64,000 bases of DNA. It comes from Octopus bimaculoides (Eukaryota). The notes under the pieces are model-generated. The model was not told the DNA's origin, made no database searches, and saw only the letters and a program-made list of their open reading frames with translations. Position numbers and translations under genes: made by a program. Each line of letters starts with the position of its first letter. The stretch's first letter is position 1. Positions 12,646 through 25,431 of the stretch are shown here, one piece after another. Location: assembly GCF_001194135.2 (NCBI RefSeq), contig NC_068993.1:42105249-42169248 (forward strand), in the 5' to 3' direction.

Positions 12646-12716
<71 letters not shown>
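12616..12716 (+). repeat. (TG)n microsatellite (one of many TA/TG/CA tracts)
   Basis: direct reading. Confidence 0.95.
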
Positions 12717-12720
<4 letters not shown>

Positions 12721-13200
12721 GCTCTGTGTGTGCACAAGAGCAGAATAAAACTGGATATTCTGTTGCAAAATGTTTTATTATACCATAAAAAAATTGTCAC
12801 CGAATCTCCTGGTTTATTTTGCTCTTGGATATATTGTCTGTAATCTGTTCCAATGTACATAATGCCAGACGAAAATCTAGGGAAAAAAATTATCTTTAAT
12901 ACCTGATTAGAATTGGCCTAGACGTGGACTTCATGGAGTTCTAATCATTGGTTAATTGTTATTCTATCTCATTTGACATACCAGCTTTCAAATACACGCG
13001 TGCGTGCGCAGAGGCTTGTGCCCAGATAGAAGTCTCTTAGCTTAATGGTGCAAAACGTTCAGCCGGGACTTGCGAGTTACACTGTTCTAAGCTGCTATCA
13101 CAGCATGTCTCTGTTCGAGAATTCCTTTATATTTCCTTATTATTTTATGACAGTATGTATGTATGTATATATGTATGTATGTATGCATGTATGTATGTAT

Positions 13201-13380
13201 AGGCGTGGCTGTGTGTTAAGAAGCGTGCTTCCCAGTCACATGGCTCCAGGTTTAGTGCCACTGCGTGGAACCTTGGGTAAGTATTTTGTACTATAGCCAC
13301 GGGGCGACCAAAGCCTTGTGAGTGGATTTAGTAAACTGAAACTGAAAGAAGCCCGTTGTATATATATATATATATATATA
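13201..13380 (+). mobile_element. SINE family B, 5' half
   Basis: tRNA-like head AGGCGTGGCTGTGTGTTAAGAAGC..GGTTTAGTGCC, then ..ACTGAAAGAAGCCCG and the internal (TA)n. Confidence 0.85.
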
Positions 13381-14215
13381 CTAGCTGATGTGTCCGGTAA
13401 TTCCCGGGAAAGTGGGGTTTATCCCTTGGTTCCATTCTCATAATTTACAGAAAATACCAAATCGTCTTACACGGGATCTTGTTTTTAGGAATTCCCAATA
13501 AGTTATGGATACCCAAATTGTGAAGTCAGTTATGTAATCGCATGAAATTAGTTACCCAATAGTAAGAATTCAAATAAAGTAGCCCCCCAAAAGGGCTTTA
13601 ATGCGTTCCCAGCGTATATAGAACTTAGGAGGAAATACTAATAAGTTATATATATGAAAATCGTGAAGCATGTTACGTAATAGCAGGCTAATCAGATATG
13701 AGAAAATAACAATTCAAAGTAAATAACACTGAAAAGGGCTTTTGCGTGTTCTCTGAGAATATTACCCTCAGCGGCGCTAGTGTGGGTATATACGTGAATG
13801 AGTCACTAACCGAAATAAGTGGATCTATTGTTGAGCAAAATACTACTTATTTGTTGAAGGCTTGAACTGGATAATTTGCGAAAATAAGTCTCACAGTCCA
13901 AATACTAAGAAATAAGCATTTTCAATTTGATTTATACCAAATGATTTAGGAAAATGAATGGGTTAATTCCCTTGGCTGTTAATTTCTGGGCGAATGGATT
14001 ACTCCCTTGGCTGTTAAAATGCAATATATTAGATATGTATAACGAACCTTTCCAGGGGCCATATTATCATCGATTTTTTCAACCACCTGAGCATGCCATA
14101 ACGTTTCTAGACATGAGTTCTACTCACGTGTCACGTCTCATCAAAATCGATAAAGCTATGTAGGAGGAGTTAGCTAACACCTCCACAAACACACCTACAG
14201 GCAGAATTTTCCATA
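13381..14215 (-). mobile_element. non-autonomous Helitron-like element inserted into a SINE
   Basis: minus strand ends CCGG-GAATTA-CCGG hairpin, ~9 nt spacer, CTAG|T; the 5' TC terminus is eroded; flanked by the two halves of one SINE. Confidence 0.6.
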
Positions 14216-14224
14216 TATGTATGT

Positions 14225-14410
14225 ATGTATCTGTGTGTCTGTGTTTGTCCCCCCACCATCGCTTGACAACCGATGTTTGTGTGTTTACGTGCCCGTAACC
14301 TAGCAGTTTAGCACAAGAGAGCGATAGAATAAATACTGGCTTACAAAGGGTCGATTTGTTCGACTGAAGGCGGTACTCCAAAATGGCCGCAGTCAAATGA
14401 CTGAAAAGAA
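14225..14410 (+). mobile_element. SINE family B, 3' half
   Basis: CTGTGTTTGTCCCCCCACCATCGCTTGACAACCGATG..GGTCGATTTGTTCGACTGAAGGCGGTACTCC..GTCAAATGACTGAAA. Confidence 0.85.
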
Positions 14411-14714
14411 TATATATATATATATATATGGATGTGTGTATGTATATACATATATATATACATTCAGTTACCCTTCCAGAATAATGTTTTCACAAACCTC
14501 GGGATGTATTCGGCTATTCGCAACGAAGGCAATTTAAAACAGAAGGAAATGAATTACGACGACAGTTATAATTCAATTACGTATTTTCCTTTTTGAATGC
14601 AAATTCAAAAACGTCTTGAAAATTTCTATCAATATTTAATTTTTGCTACACTAACTTACTTTTTATATAAAATATGGTTATTCATTTATTTTTCATGTAT
14701 CACATTAAAAATAT

Positions 14715-16020
14715 TTAAGAATATAAATTTGAATGGATGTCTTAATGATTGTTGGCATATATTTCAAAATCCTTCGCAAAGAAGAAGAAACTAAAGTTGA
14801 AGTTATTCGTTGTGTGATCCAACACCAAATTTTTGTTGTGAAGTTGCGTAAGCAAGAATTGATATTTGTGGTGAATGACGTAATAGAGATTTTAATTGCT
14901 GTGGAAGCCATATGCGAGAATGGTGGGGAAGCTCAATATTCAAGCCTCCTTTTCCACACATAAGCCATTCGAGATGGAATTTCATCTAGACGTATTCGCA
15001 ATAGTATCTGGATATTGGGTATCGACGACTAAACATGTACAGACAAATGACGTAGCGTCTAGAGCGTGACACGATTGTGTTTTGGAAACCTTGACGGTGT
15101 CTTGTATTCTCGAGAAAAATCATTTTATTTCACGTTGCCGCAGTTCACTCAGTTGTAAATGAGTTTCAAAAATAGCCGGGAAGTTAACCTTAAGAGTGAG
15201 TCTTGTAATCTCACACACTTATACGCCACGAACCCGAGTTAGACTCCGGCTTAATGCGTCCAGCAGATCACGAAGAAAAAGCAACAGAACATAAGATATT
15301 TCTAGTGAATCAAAACTACATGCTCTTTCAAATATGCTAAGTAACTGCATCTGGGTGCTAAATTTCTCAATTGAGCTGATATCTTTGAGTATGGCAGTGC
15401 ACTAAACAATGAATTTAAAAGGGAGTCAATGTAAGATTCAATGTAATTTTAGCAAGAAAAATAGATTTTAGCATTTAGATATACGCTTCTGTACCGACAC
15501 CGGGAAGTGGATCAAAATCAGATAACCGCTTTTCCAAAACTAGCAAGATTTTTAAAAGATTGTGACGATATCAGGTTCAGTGACATCAAGGAGTCAGTTA
15601 CAAGGAATCTTATCGAACGCAAATGGCGGTTTTCTGATTATTTTCAAGAACTCGATTGACAAGGTGTCAGTTGTGTTGTGAATCACTTTAAGTGTAAAAT
15701 TGCTGATGTGCCTGAAGAACTTGTAGGTTTGAAAGAGGCACTTCTTGAACTTCGCTTCAATGGAAAAGCACTCATGGAATTTCAGCATCAGGCAGGTCTC
15801 TTATCTTTGTCGAGAGCTACAATGATTTTCCAAGCTGCATATATGGAAGCGACAAAAGTACTGCGTAATTTCAAAAGAGATTTTTAACATTGATAAACTT
15901 GAAAACAAAGTAGAGAGAAAGAGAAATTATAACCTGAAGTCGACATTTAAATATGCCGTTACATCAAAAGCCGTAATTTTCATGGTATATCAAAGCAAAC
16001 TGCAAGATTTTTTCAAAGCC
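14715..16020 (+). mobile_element. decayed hAT transposase (Charlie/Buster, ZBED5/SCAND3-like family)
   Basis: EVIRCVIQHQ..VVNDVIEI..ICENGGEAQYSSLLFHT; ADIFE..LN; EK.ILAF..TAFPKLARFL..FSDYFQELD; stops and frameshifts; interrupted by a SINE. Confidence 0.75.
15050..15260 (+). mobile_element. SINE family D inserted in the hAT remnant
   Basis: ATTTTATTTCACGTTGCCGCAGTTCACTCAGTTGTAAATGAG..CACTTATACG is similar to the reverse complement of 58020-58295. Confidence 0.55.
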
Positions 16021-17119
16021 AGCTCCTTAAAATTGTTAATTCCACTTCATTTCGTTTATGCATTATTTTAATATCAGCATTTGTATCCCCACACAAATGC
16101 TGTGAACGCGAAAACTGATTCGAAATAATTCTGATGAAACTGAGATAACTTTTTCTTATTATACTAAGTATTGTGAAAACAAAGAACAGAAATCAATTGT
16201 TGACTGGGATGTCTACTGGTAGCTTAGTTCTCGCTGTTGACTTTCTTTGTCCTTGTCCTTTTGTGGCTCGGAGAGGAAATTTGGGGGCATACAATTCACT
16301 CCTGGTAACAAGAGACGGGCAATTTTACTTGCCAACTCATGTGTTGTGCCTAGTAAAATCTTAAGGTCGACAGCCTCCGTGATTCTTTTTGCTGTTGCTA
16401 TTAGCTTTGCTCTTTTTGGTTTTCTGTGCATAAAACGAAATTTGCTACCACGTGTATGGCAGATGAGCCGTCTGCCTAGACTGCTGTCTTTTAAACCTTC
16501 TTTCCAATATCCTCTACAGGACATAGTTCTAGTATTGATTTGTGGTCATAAGAATATTCATATTTATGCTAATCCCACGAGGACACATATAGCCAAGTGT
16601 TAGTCTGTTCTTTCCTTATGCTCACAGCGTTCTACGTTCGTGACTGCTATCCAGCAATTAACGTTATCTGTTATGTCATGGCAGTAACCATTGCACTCTT
16701 CCTTCTGTTTAACAAACGCAAATGAGTAGCAGTGCCGCATTCGGACTGTATTATCTTTATTGCCTTTACTGTGACAGTAACCAAATTTACAAACTACCGA
16801 AACATATATCACAACTAAGAATACGCTATAGCGTGTCAGAAGATGCACCATCTTCAACCAGATAGATGTATAGCATATCTAGGAGTTATGCACTTTTTGG
16901 TTACAGCTAGTCGTTCGGCTGGCTACATAAGCGCAATGGTTTGTGCTAGATCACATGAGATTTGAGTTTATACAACATTAACGGCAAGCCTAATTAATTT
17001 CTTTGATGAACCTTGCAAATCTAATCATTCATCGATCTGGAAATAAGTTTAGTTTTCTATTGTGTTTTACTATTATTATTTTACTTCTTGTTGATATGAT
17101 CCTGAATGTTTTTAACAAC

Positions 17120-17510
17120 AGTTTCTGATTAGGGCACGTGACCAAATGAAAGGAACTGTTGATTACATCGATCTCATTATGCTTTGTCGAACCCGATAGG
17201 ACGAAAAGTAAAGCTGACCGTGCTGCAAACTCAGAATGTAGAAAACCGGAGTATTACAAGTCGATTTCTGACGCTCTCTTGATTCAGACAATCAGCCTCC
17301 CTCAATAATCGACCTATAGTAATGTTATCTAATTTAGGCAGAGGTTAAGATGAGAGACTTAGGTGATGTCATTGGCTCCTAGTACTTTATTTTATTGACT
17401 CGAAAAAAAGCAAAAGCAATGTTGATCTCGCCATTTGAACACAGAACATAAAGAGCTGGAGATATGAGCACAAGGCATTTTTCTGACATTAATCCGCTTC
17501 AATCCGTCAC
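17120..17510 (-). mobile_element. two tandem diverged SINE family A copies
   Basis: GTCGAACCCGATAGGACGAAAAGTAAAG..AACTCAGAATG and TTTATTGACTCG..TTTGAACACAGAAC. Confidence 0.55.
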
Positions 17511-18554
17511 CCTAAATAAGGCACCTATAACGATGTTAGTAATTTTATATATTTTTAATATCAATAAAAATTAGAAAAAAAAACAAAAAACACTAGTTTA
17601 AAATGCTGAAAATATGCAAAGTAAACAAACATTAGTTGTGTGTAATTCATTGCTTCTGGAATTCAATTCTTCAAAGTTTCCATTATTTAATTAAGGCCCA
17701 ATTCATATCCTGGATCCAGTTAAAACCAGAACTACAAATATATATATATATATATATAGCTTTCCAGTGATTATCTAATTGATCGTAGCCTTTCATTAAT
17801 GGTTATAACTTAATAAATTTCAATAAAACCCACAAAACTTACAGAGAGGCTCACTCACATTTATATTGTATATAACAATATTGTTCTATTCATTTGTACT
17901 TAATCATGGCAGTGTCCGCTATGTAATACTCCAACCGAGTTTATTGTTGTGTACTAAAACTACGAGTGCATCCAACACAATGTAACTAATGAGTTGACTG
18001 ATAACTGTTAGCTCCATTTATTAAATAACACCAGTGCATTCTTGTAATATCATCGATTCATTTAAAACATTGCCATATAAATAGCACCCAGATAGCATCT
18101 AATTATCGCTACATCAATGTTCCACCATAAACACATAGCATGCATCAAATTAACATAAACTCGCTGCAATTAATTCCGCATATTAACCTCTGTCGGTATA
18201 TTTCTTTTATTGTATTTAACATAGCGAACATTTAGCGTGCTTATACAACAATTAAGTGCATAAGCATTATCCAAATTTACCAAACACCCCTCTTGATCAT
18301 TAGTTATAATGTAATAGCTGGATCAGCTGTATTTTGTTTTAATGAATTAAAATAAGAAATGAAAGGCCGACAAGTTAAAAAGCAGAATGTGAAATGCCAG
18401 TTTATGTAAATGAAGGATCCAAAATACTGGATACAGCCAAACATGAGTCGAATTGATGTATACAGACTTAATCATGTACAAATGTGAGAGATTCGCAGCG
18501 ATAGCAACACAAGTTTTTAAAAATAAATCTTTTTTTTTTGTATTTGCTTTAATT

Positions 18555-18659
18555 ATTGGAATGCAGTCATGCAGAAGCACTACGTTGGAGAGTGTAGTCG
18601 AAGAAATCGACACCAGTTGTCAGACGGTGGCAGGAGATATACACAGAGACGAAGGCAAA

Positions 18660-18670
<11 letters not shown>
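18555..18670 (-). mobile_element. SINE family B, 3' remnant
   Basis: CAGTCATG..TAGTCGAAGAAATCGAC..GACGGTGG. Confidence 0.5.
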
Positions 18671-18720
<50 letters not shown>

Positions 18721-19150
18721 AACATACATAATATAACAAAAATACCGCCACGTAAACCATGCTTGCAACACTCACATTTTAACAAGAAACTCAAGTAGAT
18801 GAAAGAGCAATAACACACNNNNNNNNNNNNNNNNNNNNNNNNNNNNNNNNNNNNNNNNNNNNNNNNNNNNNNNNNNNNNNNNNNNNNNNNNNNNNNNNNN
18901 NNNNNNNNNNNNNNNNNNNNNNNNNNNNNNNNNNNNNNNNNNNNNNNNNNNNNNNNNNNNNNNNNNNNNNNNNNNNNNNNNNNNNNNNNNNNNNNNNNNT
19001 ATATATATATATACATTTATAAATGTATATGAACTTTTAAATAAGTTCTCCACCGATAATGGTGCTTACATACCGAAGGGCTTGGTAAAAATTATTAATT
19101 GTTGATTTATTAATAAATTAATAAATTGATAAACCTTTACCCTTTTAATT

Positions 19151-19184
<34 letters not shown>

Positions 19185-19194
19185 TGTATGTATA

Positions 19195-19330
19195 TGTATA
19201 TCTTTGTGTGTCTGTGTTTGTCGCCCCACCTTCGCTTGAGAACCAATGTTGTGTTTATGTCCCCATAATCTAGCGGTTCAGCAAACGTGACCGATAGAAT
19301 AAGTACTAGGCTTACAAAGAATAAGAGTAT
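19195..19330 (+). mobile_element. SINE family B, 3' half
   Basis: CTGTGTTTGTCGCCCCACCTTCGCTTGAGAACC..GATAGAATAAGTACTAGGCTTACAAAGAATAAG. Confidence 0.8.
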
Positions 19331-19384
19331 ATATGTGTGTGTGTGTGTGTGTACACACACATACACACATACACACGCACACAT

Positions 19385-19443
<59 letters not shown>

Positions 19444-19469
19444 GATAGATAGATAGATAGATAGATATA

Positions 19470-19585
19470 CGACAAGCGTCTTTCACTTTCCATCTACCAG
19501 GTCCACTCACAAATATTAGCTTCCAGGGTTATAGTAGAATGCAATTGTCCAAGGTGGCTGTCAATGGGACTGGACCGAATACGAA
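19470..19585 (-). mobile_element. SINE family B, 5' part (head truncated)
   Basis: TTTCCATCTACCAGGTCCACTCACAA..TATAGTAGAA..TTGTCCAAGGTG..GGGACTG. Confidence 0.65.
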
Positions 19586-19596
19586 ATTTTTTCCCA

Positions 19597-20450
19597 GAGG
19601 AGTTCATGACCCCAGTTATGAACTCATTTGCATACAGCCAATCAGAACTCAGCTATCACACTAATTTATGAGCGAATAACAAGTGATGGGCGATAAGATA
19701 AGGTCACTTGGGAAAGGAATGACCATGCTTCTTTTCTCTCTTAATAATCCATGTTGTTCTTGTTCTTGTTTCAACCATGGCTGCCTCTGAGTAGTTACTG
19801 GTGTTGTTATTTATTTTATAAAGCAGTAAGAGGAAAGGACTGCTAGCACATCACCCTCTAACCCCATTTTTCTCATCCACGTCTTTACTATATGGGGCCC
19901 TAACAAAATAATACCGATAATAGGTATAGCTCAAATCTATCTAATTACTTGTATCCTTCTAAAATCAGGCATCACTTGGCGTTCGGTCGACTTACAACAC
20001 CGTTCTTCGTCTTGATTTTACTTGGTAGAGTGTGTTTACCAACAGATTGGCTGTTTTTAATACATTCACGAATGTTTATGTTGGGCTTTGCGTCTAGGCA
20101 TAATCTGAGATCTGAACGGCACCTTTCCTTTCACACTTTTCAAACAATCCTTCAACAGTCTGCCAGCACCAGTGCGTTTTCTGCCACCACCAGCCATCTT
20201 TCTCCTGGATGCTGCAATTGGTTGCACACCAATTGTCTTCATACTGACTAGAAATTTTCGTTTGTGGGAAAAAAAAATTCGCACTACAGATTTTCAATTT
20301 TTCTTGCCAAGTGCAATGTGCCACACCAGAGCACCAACCAAAGCAGTGAAGTGCGGAAGCTGACGCAGTATGTTCCAGATGTTGGTTCAGGAAATTGCTT
20401 GGTGAAATTTTTTCACTGATCCTACAAGGAATTCTTTGACCCAACCAAGA
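19597..20450 (-). mobile_element. probable DNA-transposon 3' remnant (Mutator-like by recall)
   Basis: minus frames ASALHCFGW and TIGVQPIAASRRKMAGGGRKRTGAGR resemble C-terminal tails of large invertebrate MULE-type transposases as I recall them; candidate terminus with a hairpin at 19597-19625. Confidence 0.4.
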
Positions 20451-22751
20451 ATACTGGGCGAAGAAAAAGGGTGGATGGATGGATGGATGTAAAATACAAA
20501 ATAACCACAAGATCAAAATGAAATTATAAAGCATAATTAAAACGCTAAGCAATATTTAGAGGTGTCCACTCTGTAGCAATCATTTGGACATGTTTTTAGG
20601 TTTTTGGGTAGCTTCCTCGTTCTTTCCTGTCAGTCTATATAATGAGCGACTAGCAATGTCTTCCCTCCAGGCTAAAAAATTAAAGAAAAATCTTAATATA
20701 CGTTTCATGAATGAGAAACTTACAGTTTAATTCAATAAATGTTATAGATGTAGCTAACAGAATTGTACATTTATATGAATTAAATAAGTTTTCTGGAGAA
20801 TGTACAAACAACCTAACGTCTTTAAATAGAATAGGATTTGAAAAGGAAGGAAAAAAATTATAATTTAAGCCAGTATTTCTCCTCCACTCTGCACCTGTTT
20901 GGTTGGCTTTTACATGTTACCATATAACTTATCCCAGTCAATAAATAATTTCTCCCATTAACTTTCTTTAGAATACAACGCTGTGTCTTTCTTTCTTTTA
21001 TGTTAAATTCTTTTCCAAATCTTTATTAATTTTCCGTGTGCTTAGCCGAGTGTTGCGTCAACTATTAATGATTTATCAATGGAAACATTGAAGGTTTATA
21101 GCTAATCAAGATGACATCCAGACATATTTATGATGTTTTATATCTACTCAAGAGTAATGGGTCTGTACCAGTATTAAATAATCACCAACATCTTTAACCC
21201 CACTCATTGATTTTTCTTATGCATAAAACTGCTTAAGTTTATATAATTTAATTTTCTACTTTTATTTAAATATATAATTTTGGAGTAATATGCCAAAAGG
21301 ACAGAATTTTCTACATCTACATAAGATTATTATTATTGAATCACAGACAACATATATTTCTTTGTTGAAGTCCCGCACACCATGACTGTGATGCCAACCT
21401 CACGTTTTTTAATGGTAATATTTCGCTACTGTGTGCATTATTACCCGCCAACCGTAACATATCTATATAAATGTGTTACAGTTATATATCATGTAAATGA
21501 TTCAGTCAAGCTGGAAACGAGATCATTCCTCAATGTGTAAATTTAAACAAAGACCTATTATCTAATATTCTAATTAGTATTATTCATAGATAGCACCTCA
21601 TTGCTTTTAAGAGAAAATAATGCGCCTTCTGGGAATTTGAGCGAAAGAAAAAATATATTACAAAGATATTCCATATTATCATTTCATCTTGACGACAAGA
21701 AATGTTTGTTCCAAGTAGTACACACATGTTCAAAGTGACTTTTCTGTATGTCTTACCAATAAGTATGATACCATATCAATTAGTCTATAGAGCGAGGAAT
21801 GTGGTTCACCCCTCTGACCCTACACTTTTTATGTGACCAAACACATCAGTTTTTACATACCTAGCTTACTTTAAAACTTACATCATCGACGTAATCTTCC
21901 TGCTTATTTGTGTTGGTCACGTTTACAACATTAAATTAGATAACCTCTTTTATTAGATACATTTCCAATACGTGCCTATTCAAAAAAAGAAGCTGAATGG
22001 GTAATGCCAAATAGTCAGAAACATATATATGTATATATATATATTTCTTTTTTTTTTTCTGTTACGATCTAGACATTTGCCGGGATGTAAAAGAAGGTTA
22101 TCGTTCACAGAAATCATTTCAATGCTTTCAGTGGAAAATACATCATCTTATAAGATTTTGGCTGATATAAAAATGCCAACATTAGAAACAACTTTGGCGT
22201 ATTCATGTAATTCAGCCTCCGTGAAATGTTTGCTCCAAGAAATACAGAAGCTTAATACTTTATTCCCTTTTATATTACTTCCCTGTGGTATATATCAGAA
22301 CATGTTATATAAATAGAAAATGCTGTTTCTAATATAATAGTCCAAAATATTGCATTTAATAAAAGAAAATCGGACATTTCATGCATAGTCATATTATTTT
22401 ATCACATTTTCATTCGCTTTAAGGGGGAGATGCTGCACATGTGACATCTGTATGTCCTCCAGACTTAAGAGATTGAGTTGCTTTAAAATGTTCAGTTCGG
22501 AGTCATTAGGAAAACCTTACGAGACGAATTCCATGAAAGTGGTGCTTTTGTGAAAGCAAGACAGAGTAAGTAGTTTGGAACGTGGTCGAAAAAGAACACA
22601 GTAAAGGAGTTTTGGGTGGGTGCATAGAGTAGATTAAAAGGCTCGATGTCGAAGTTTTTGCCTATGCTGCAACAGCATTAAATTCTTTTGTAGTAGTGAT
22701 CGAAGCAAAAAAGAAAGAGAAGGTATCAGAGTGCCTATCATTGCTTAGTGA

Positions 22752-22965
22752 AAGGTAGTCAACTGAGAAAATCGTTAGAGTTTCGGGCATAACGGTTATA
22801 AACATTTCTTACATTCTGAGTTCAAATATCGCTGAGTCAATTTCAACACTCATCCTTTCAGGGTCCATAAAATAAGTACCAGTTGAGCACTGGTGTCCAA
22901 CTAATCAACTTTTTTTTTCCTTTCTGTTAAAATTGTTGGCATTAGGCCCAAATTTGAAACCATTT
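22752..22965 (+). mobile_element. SINE family A (diverged)
   Basis: TTCTGAGTTCAAAT..TCATCCTTTCAGGGTCCATAAAATAAGTACCAGTTGAGCACTGG. Confidence 0.75.
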
Positions 22966-23713
22966 TTTTAGCTCCTGATTCAGCATTTGGCAAATCTCAC
23001 TCCTAAATTAATCATCTCCCCCACTTATAGCTGACTGTGTTCAGTTCATTTCCAACATTATTAGCATGAGGGCCAATTCTCCAGTTTCAGGATAATCTAT
23101 CCTCGAAATAATTGAGCATATTCTGCATGACACATTAAACGGTATATTTACTTTGAAATGATTTATGTGGCTCACAGTTTGTAGTGGATGTTGGTTTCGG
23201 TGTTTGCAACTTTTCTGATGGTTAAAATATCTAGGAACTTTAATTCGTTTTCCCTATATTCCACTTAGAATTGTATTCTATCAAACATCTTATTAATTAG
23301 GTCTTTGAAATTGTGAAATCCGTCAAGACCGAGTGTTCATACAATGATACTTAATTAGCACTCATAGTACATGGCACATTCATTGACCTGATACCGCCTT
23401 CATATTTAGCGCAATTCTCATTCATACAATATATAACCAGCTAATCTCATAACCAGCATCAGCTAACCAACCGCTAGTTCAACTGACAGCAGAGTCTTAC
23501 AACGATAAGCAACAAATTTGAAATTTCAGCTGCTATCGAGACAACAACCGCAGAATCGTCCGGGCAGTTCTATGACGCACTCATCTTGAAAATCATGTAA
23601 TCATGTCAACAACATAATTAACCTGATATTTTTAAAGAAAATAATTTCTTTCTCTCTCGCTTTATCTCTCTCTCCCTCTCTTTCCGTCTCTTTATATACA
23701 CATTTATATACAT

Positions 23714-23785
<72 letters not shown>

Positions 23786-24098
23786 GTTGAATTAAAATAT
23801 AAATATAAATATATATAATTTATACCTACTGGATCGGAGGTAGGCTACGAAACCCCGGTTGTTTCCCTATTGGACAAAGGCTACTACACCTCCAGTCACC
23901 GTTGTGAACTTGGAACTTAGTAGGTTATCAATTGGAACAATCAGACCACATACTCATTAGTTTAGATCACCAGTGACCTAAACTCTTCCTCTTCTATCCA
24001 TCTATCTGTTTATTTCTCTATCTATCTATCTATCCATCTAGCTATCTCTCACTCACTCACGCTCTCTCTTTTTCTCTCTCTCTCTCTCTCTCTCTCTG

Positions 24099-24140
<42 letters not shown>

Positions 24141-24249
24141 NNNNNNNNNNNNNNNNNNNNNNNNNNNNNNNNNNNNNNNNNNNNNNNNNNNNNNNNNNNN
24201 NNNNNNTATATATATATATATATATATGTATGTATATATATACATATAT

Positions 24250-24420
24250 AGGCGGGTTGCGGGTTCAGTATCACTTCATGGTGGCACCTTGGGCATGTAT
24301 CGTCTACTTTAACCTCGGGCCTGCCAAGTAGATTTGGTAGACGGAAACTGAAAGCAGCCCGTCGTATATATACGTGTGTGTTTCTGTGTTTGTGTGTATG
24401 TCTCTGTGTGTGTATGTTTG
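24250..24420 (+). mobile_element. SINE family B, 5' half running into a TG-rich tract
   Basis: GGCACCTTGGGCATGTATCGTCTACT..TTTGGTAGACGGAAACTGAAAGCAGCCCGTCGTATATA. Confidence 0.8.
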
Positions 24421-24569
24421 TGTGTGTGTGTCTGTGTATCTGTGTGAATGAGTGAGTCTGTGCGTGTGAGTATTAAAACGGAGTGGTTTTAGTGAAGTAT
24501 TGTGTGATGTCGTTTTAAAGAGGTTTGCGAGAATATACAATATAAACAACAAAAAGAAAAGAAAGCCCA

Positions 24570-24640
24570 CACAAAAATTTGAGGTTTGACCGTTTAATTC
24601 TATTTTCGGGGCCATAACCTCTTCTTCAGGACATTTGGAA
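24570..24640 (-). mobile_element. Penelope-like terminal relic with a hammerhead-like core
   Basis: minus strand CTGAAGA-A-GAGG-TTATGG-CCCC-GAAA. Confidence 0.35.
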
Positions 24641-24975
24641 AAGCGAGGAATGGAAAAGACCGTTGCTCAGACGTGTGAGGAAGATGAAGGAAGGTGTCAT
24701 GTTTAGACTAGTTTTGGTATAGAAACCAGTCTGCTTCCGGTAGTTCCTTCCTGTTGTCTATGACTGGTTTCAGTTTCTTGACAAGGTGGGTCCTTTCCAT
24801 CCCCACTTCTCGAAATGTTCAGAAAAAGGGATCATATATCCCGAAATATAGAAATATAAGGTAAAACTACCACTTCTCTTTTCTTATTTTAGTCTGTTAT
24901 TTTCTTGCATTGTTCCGCCCTTATTCAAGAAATCTCTTAAAAATTTATATACACACATATACGTGTATATATATA

Positions 24976-25019
<44 letters not shown>

Positions 25020-25431
25020 CGTGTGTGTATACAATATATATGTATATATATATATATATAACTGGGAGTATGTATATATATTTATATATATATAACTGGG
25101 AGTATATATGTATATANNNNNNNNNNNNNNNNNNNNNNNNNNNNNNNNNNNNNNNNNNNNNNNNNNNNNNNNNNNNNNNNNNNNNNNNNNNNNNNNNNNN
25201 NNNNNNNNNNNNNNNNNNNNNNNNNNNNNNNNNNNNNNNNNNNNNNNNNNNNNNNNNNNNNNNNNNNNNNNNNNNNNNNNNNNNNNNNNNNNNNNNNNNN
25301 NNNNNNNNNNNNNNNNNNNNNNNNNNNNNNNNNNNNNNNNNNNNNNNNNNNNNNNNNNNNNNNNNNNNNNNNNNNNNNNNNNNNNNNNNNNNNNNNNNNN
25401 NNNNNNNNNNNNNNNNNNNNNNNNNNNNNNN

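Noticed and set aside
22130-22260. Possible hAT dimerisation-domain remnant (YKILAD..NSASVK)
   Set aside because: Too short and too degenerate to support by eye
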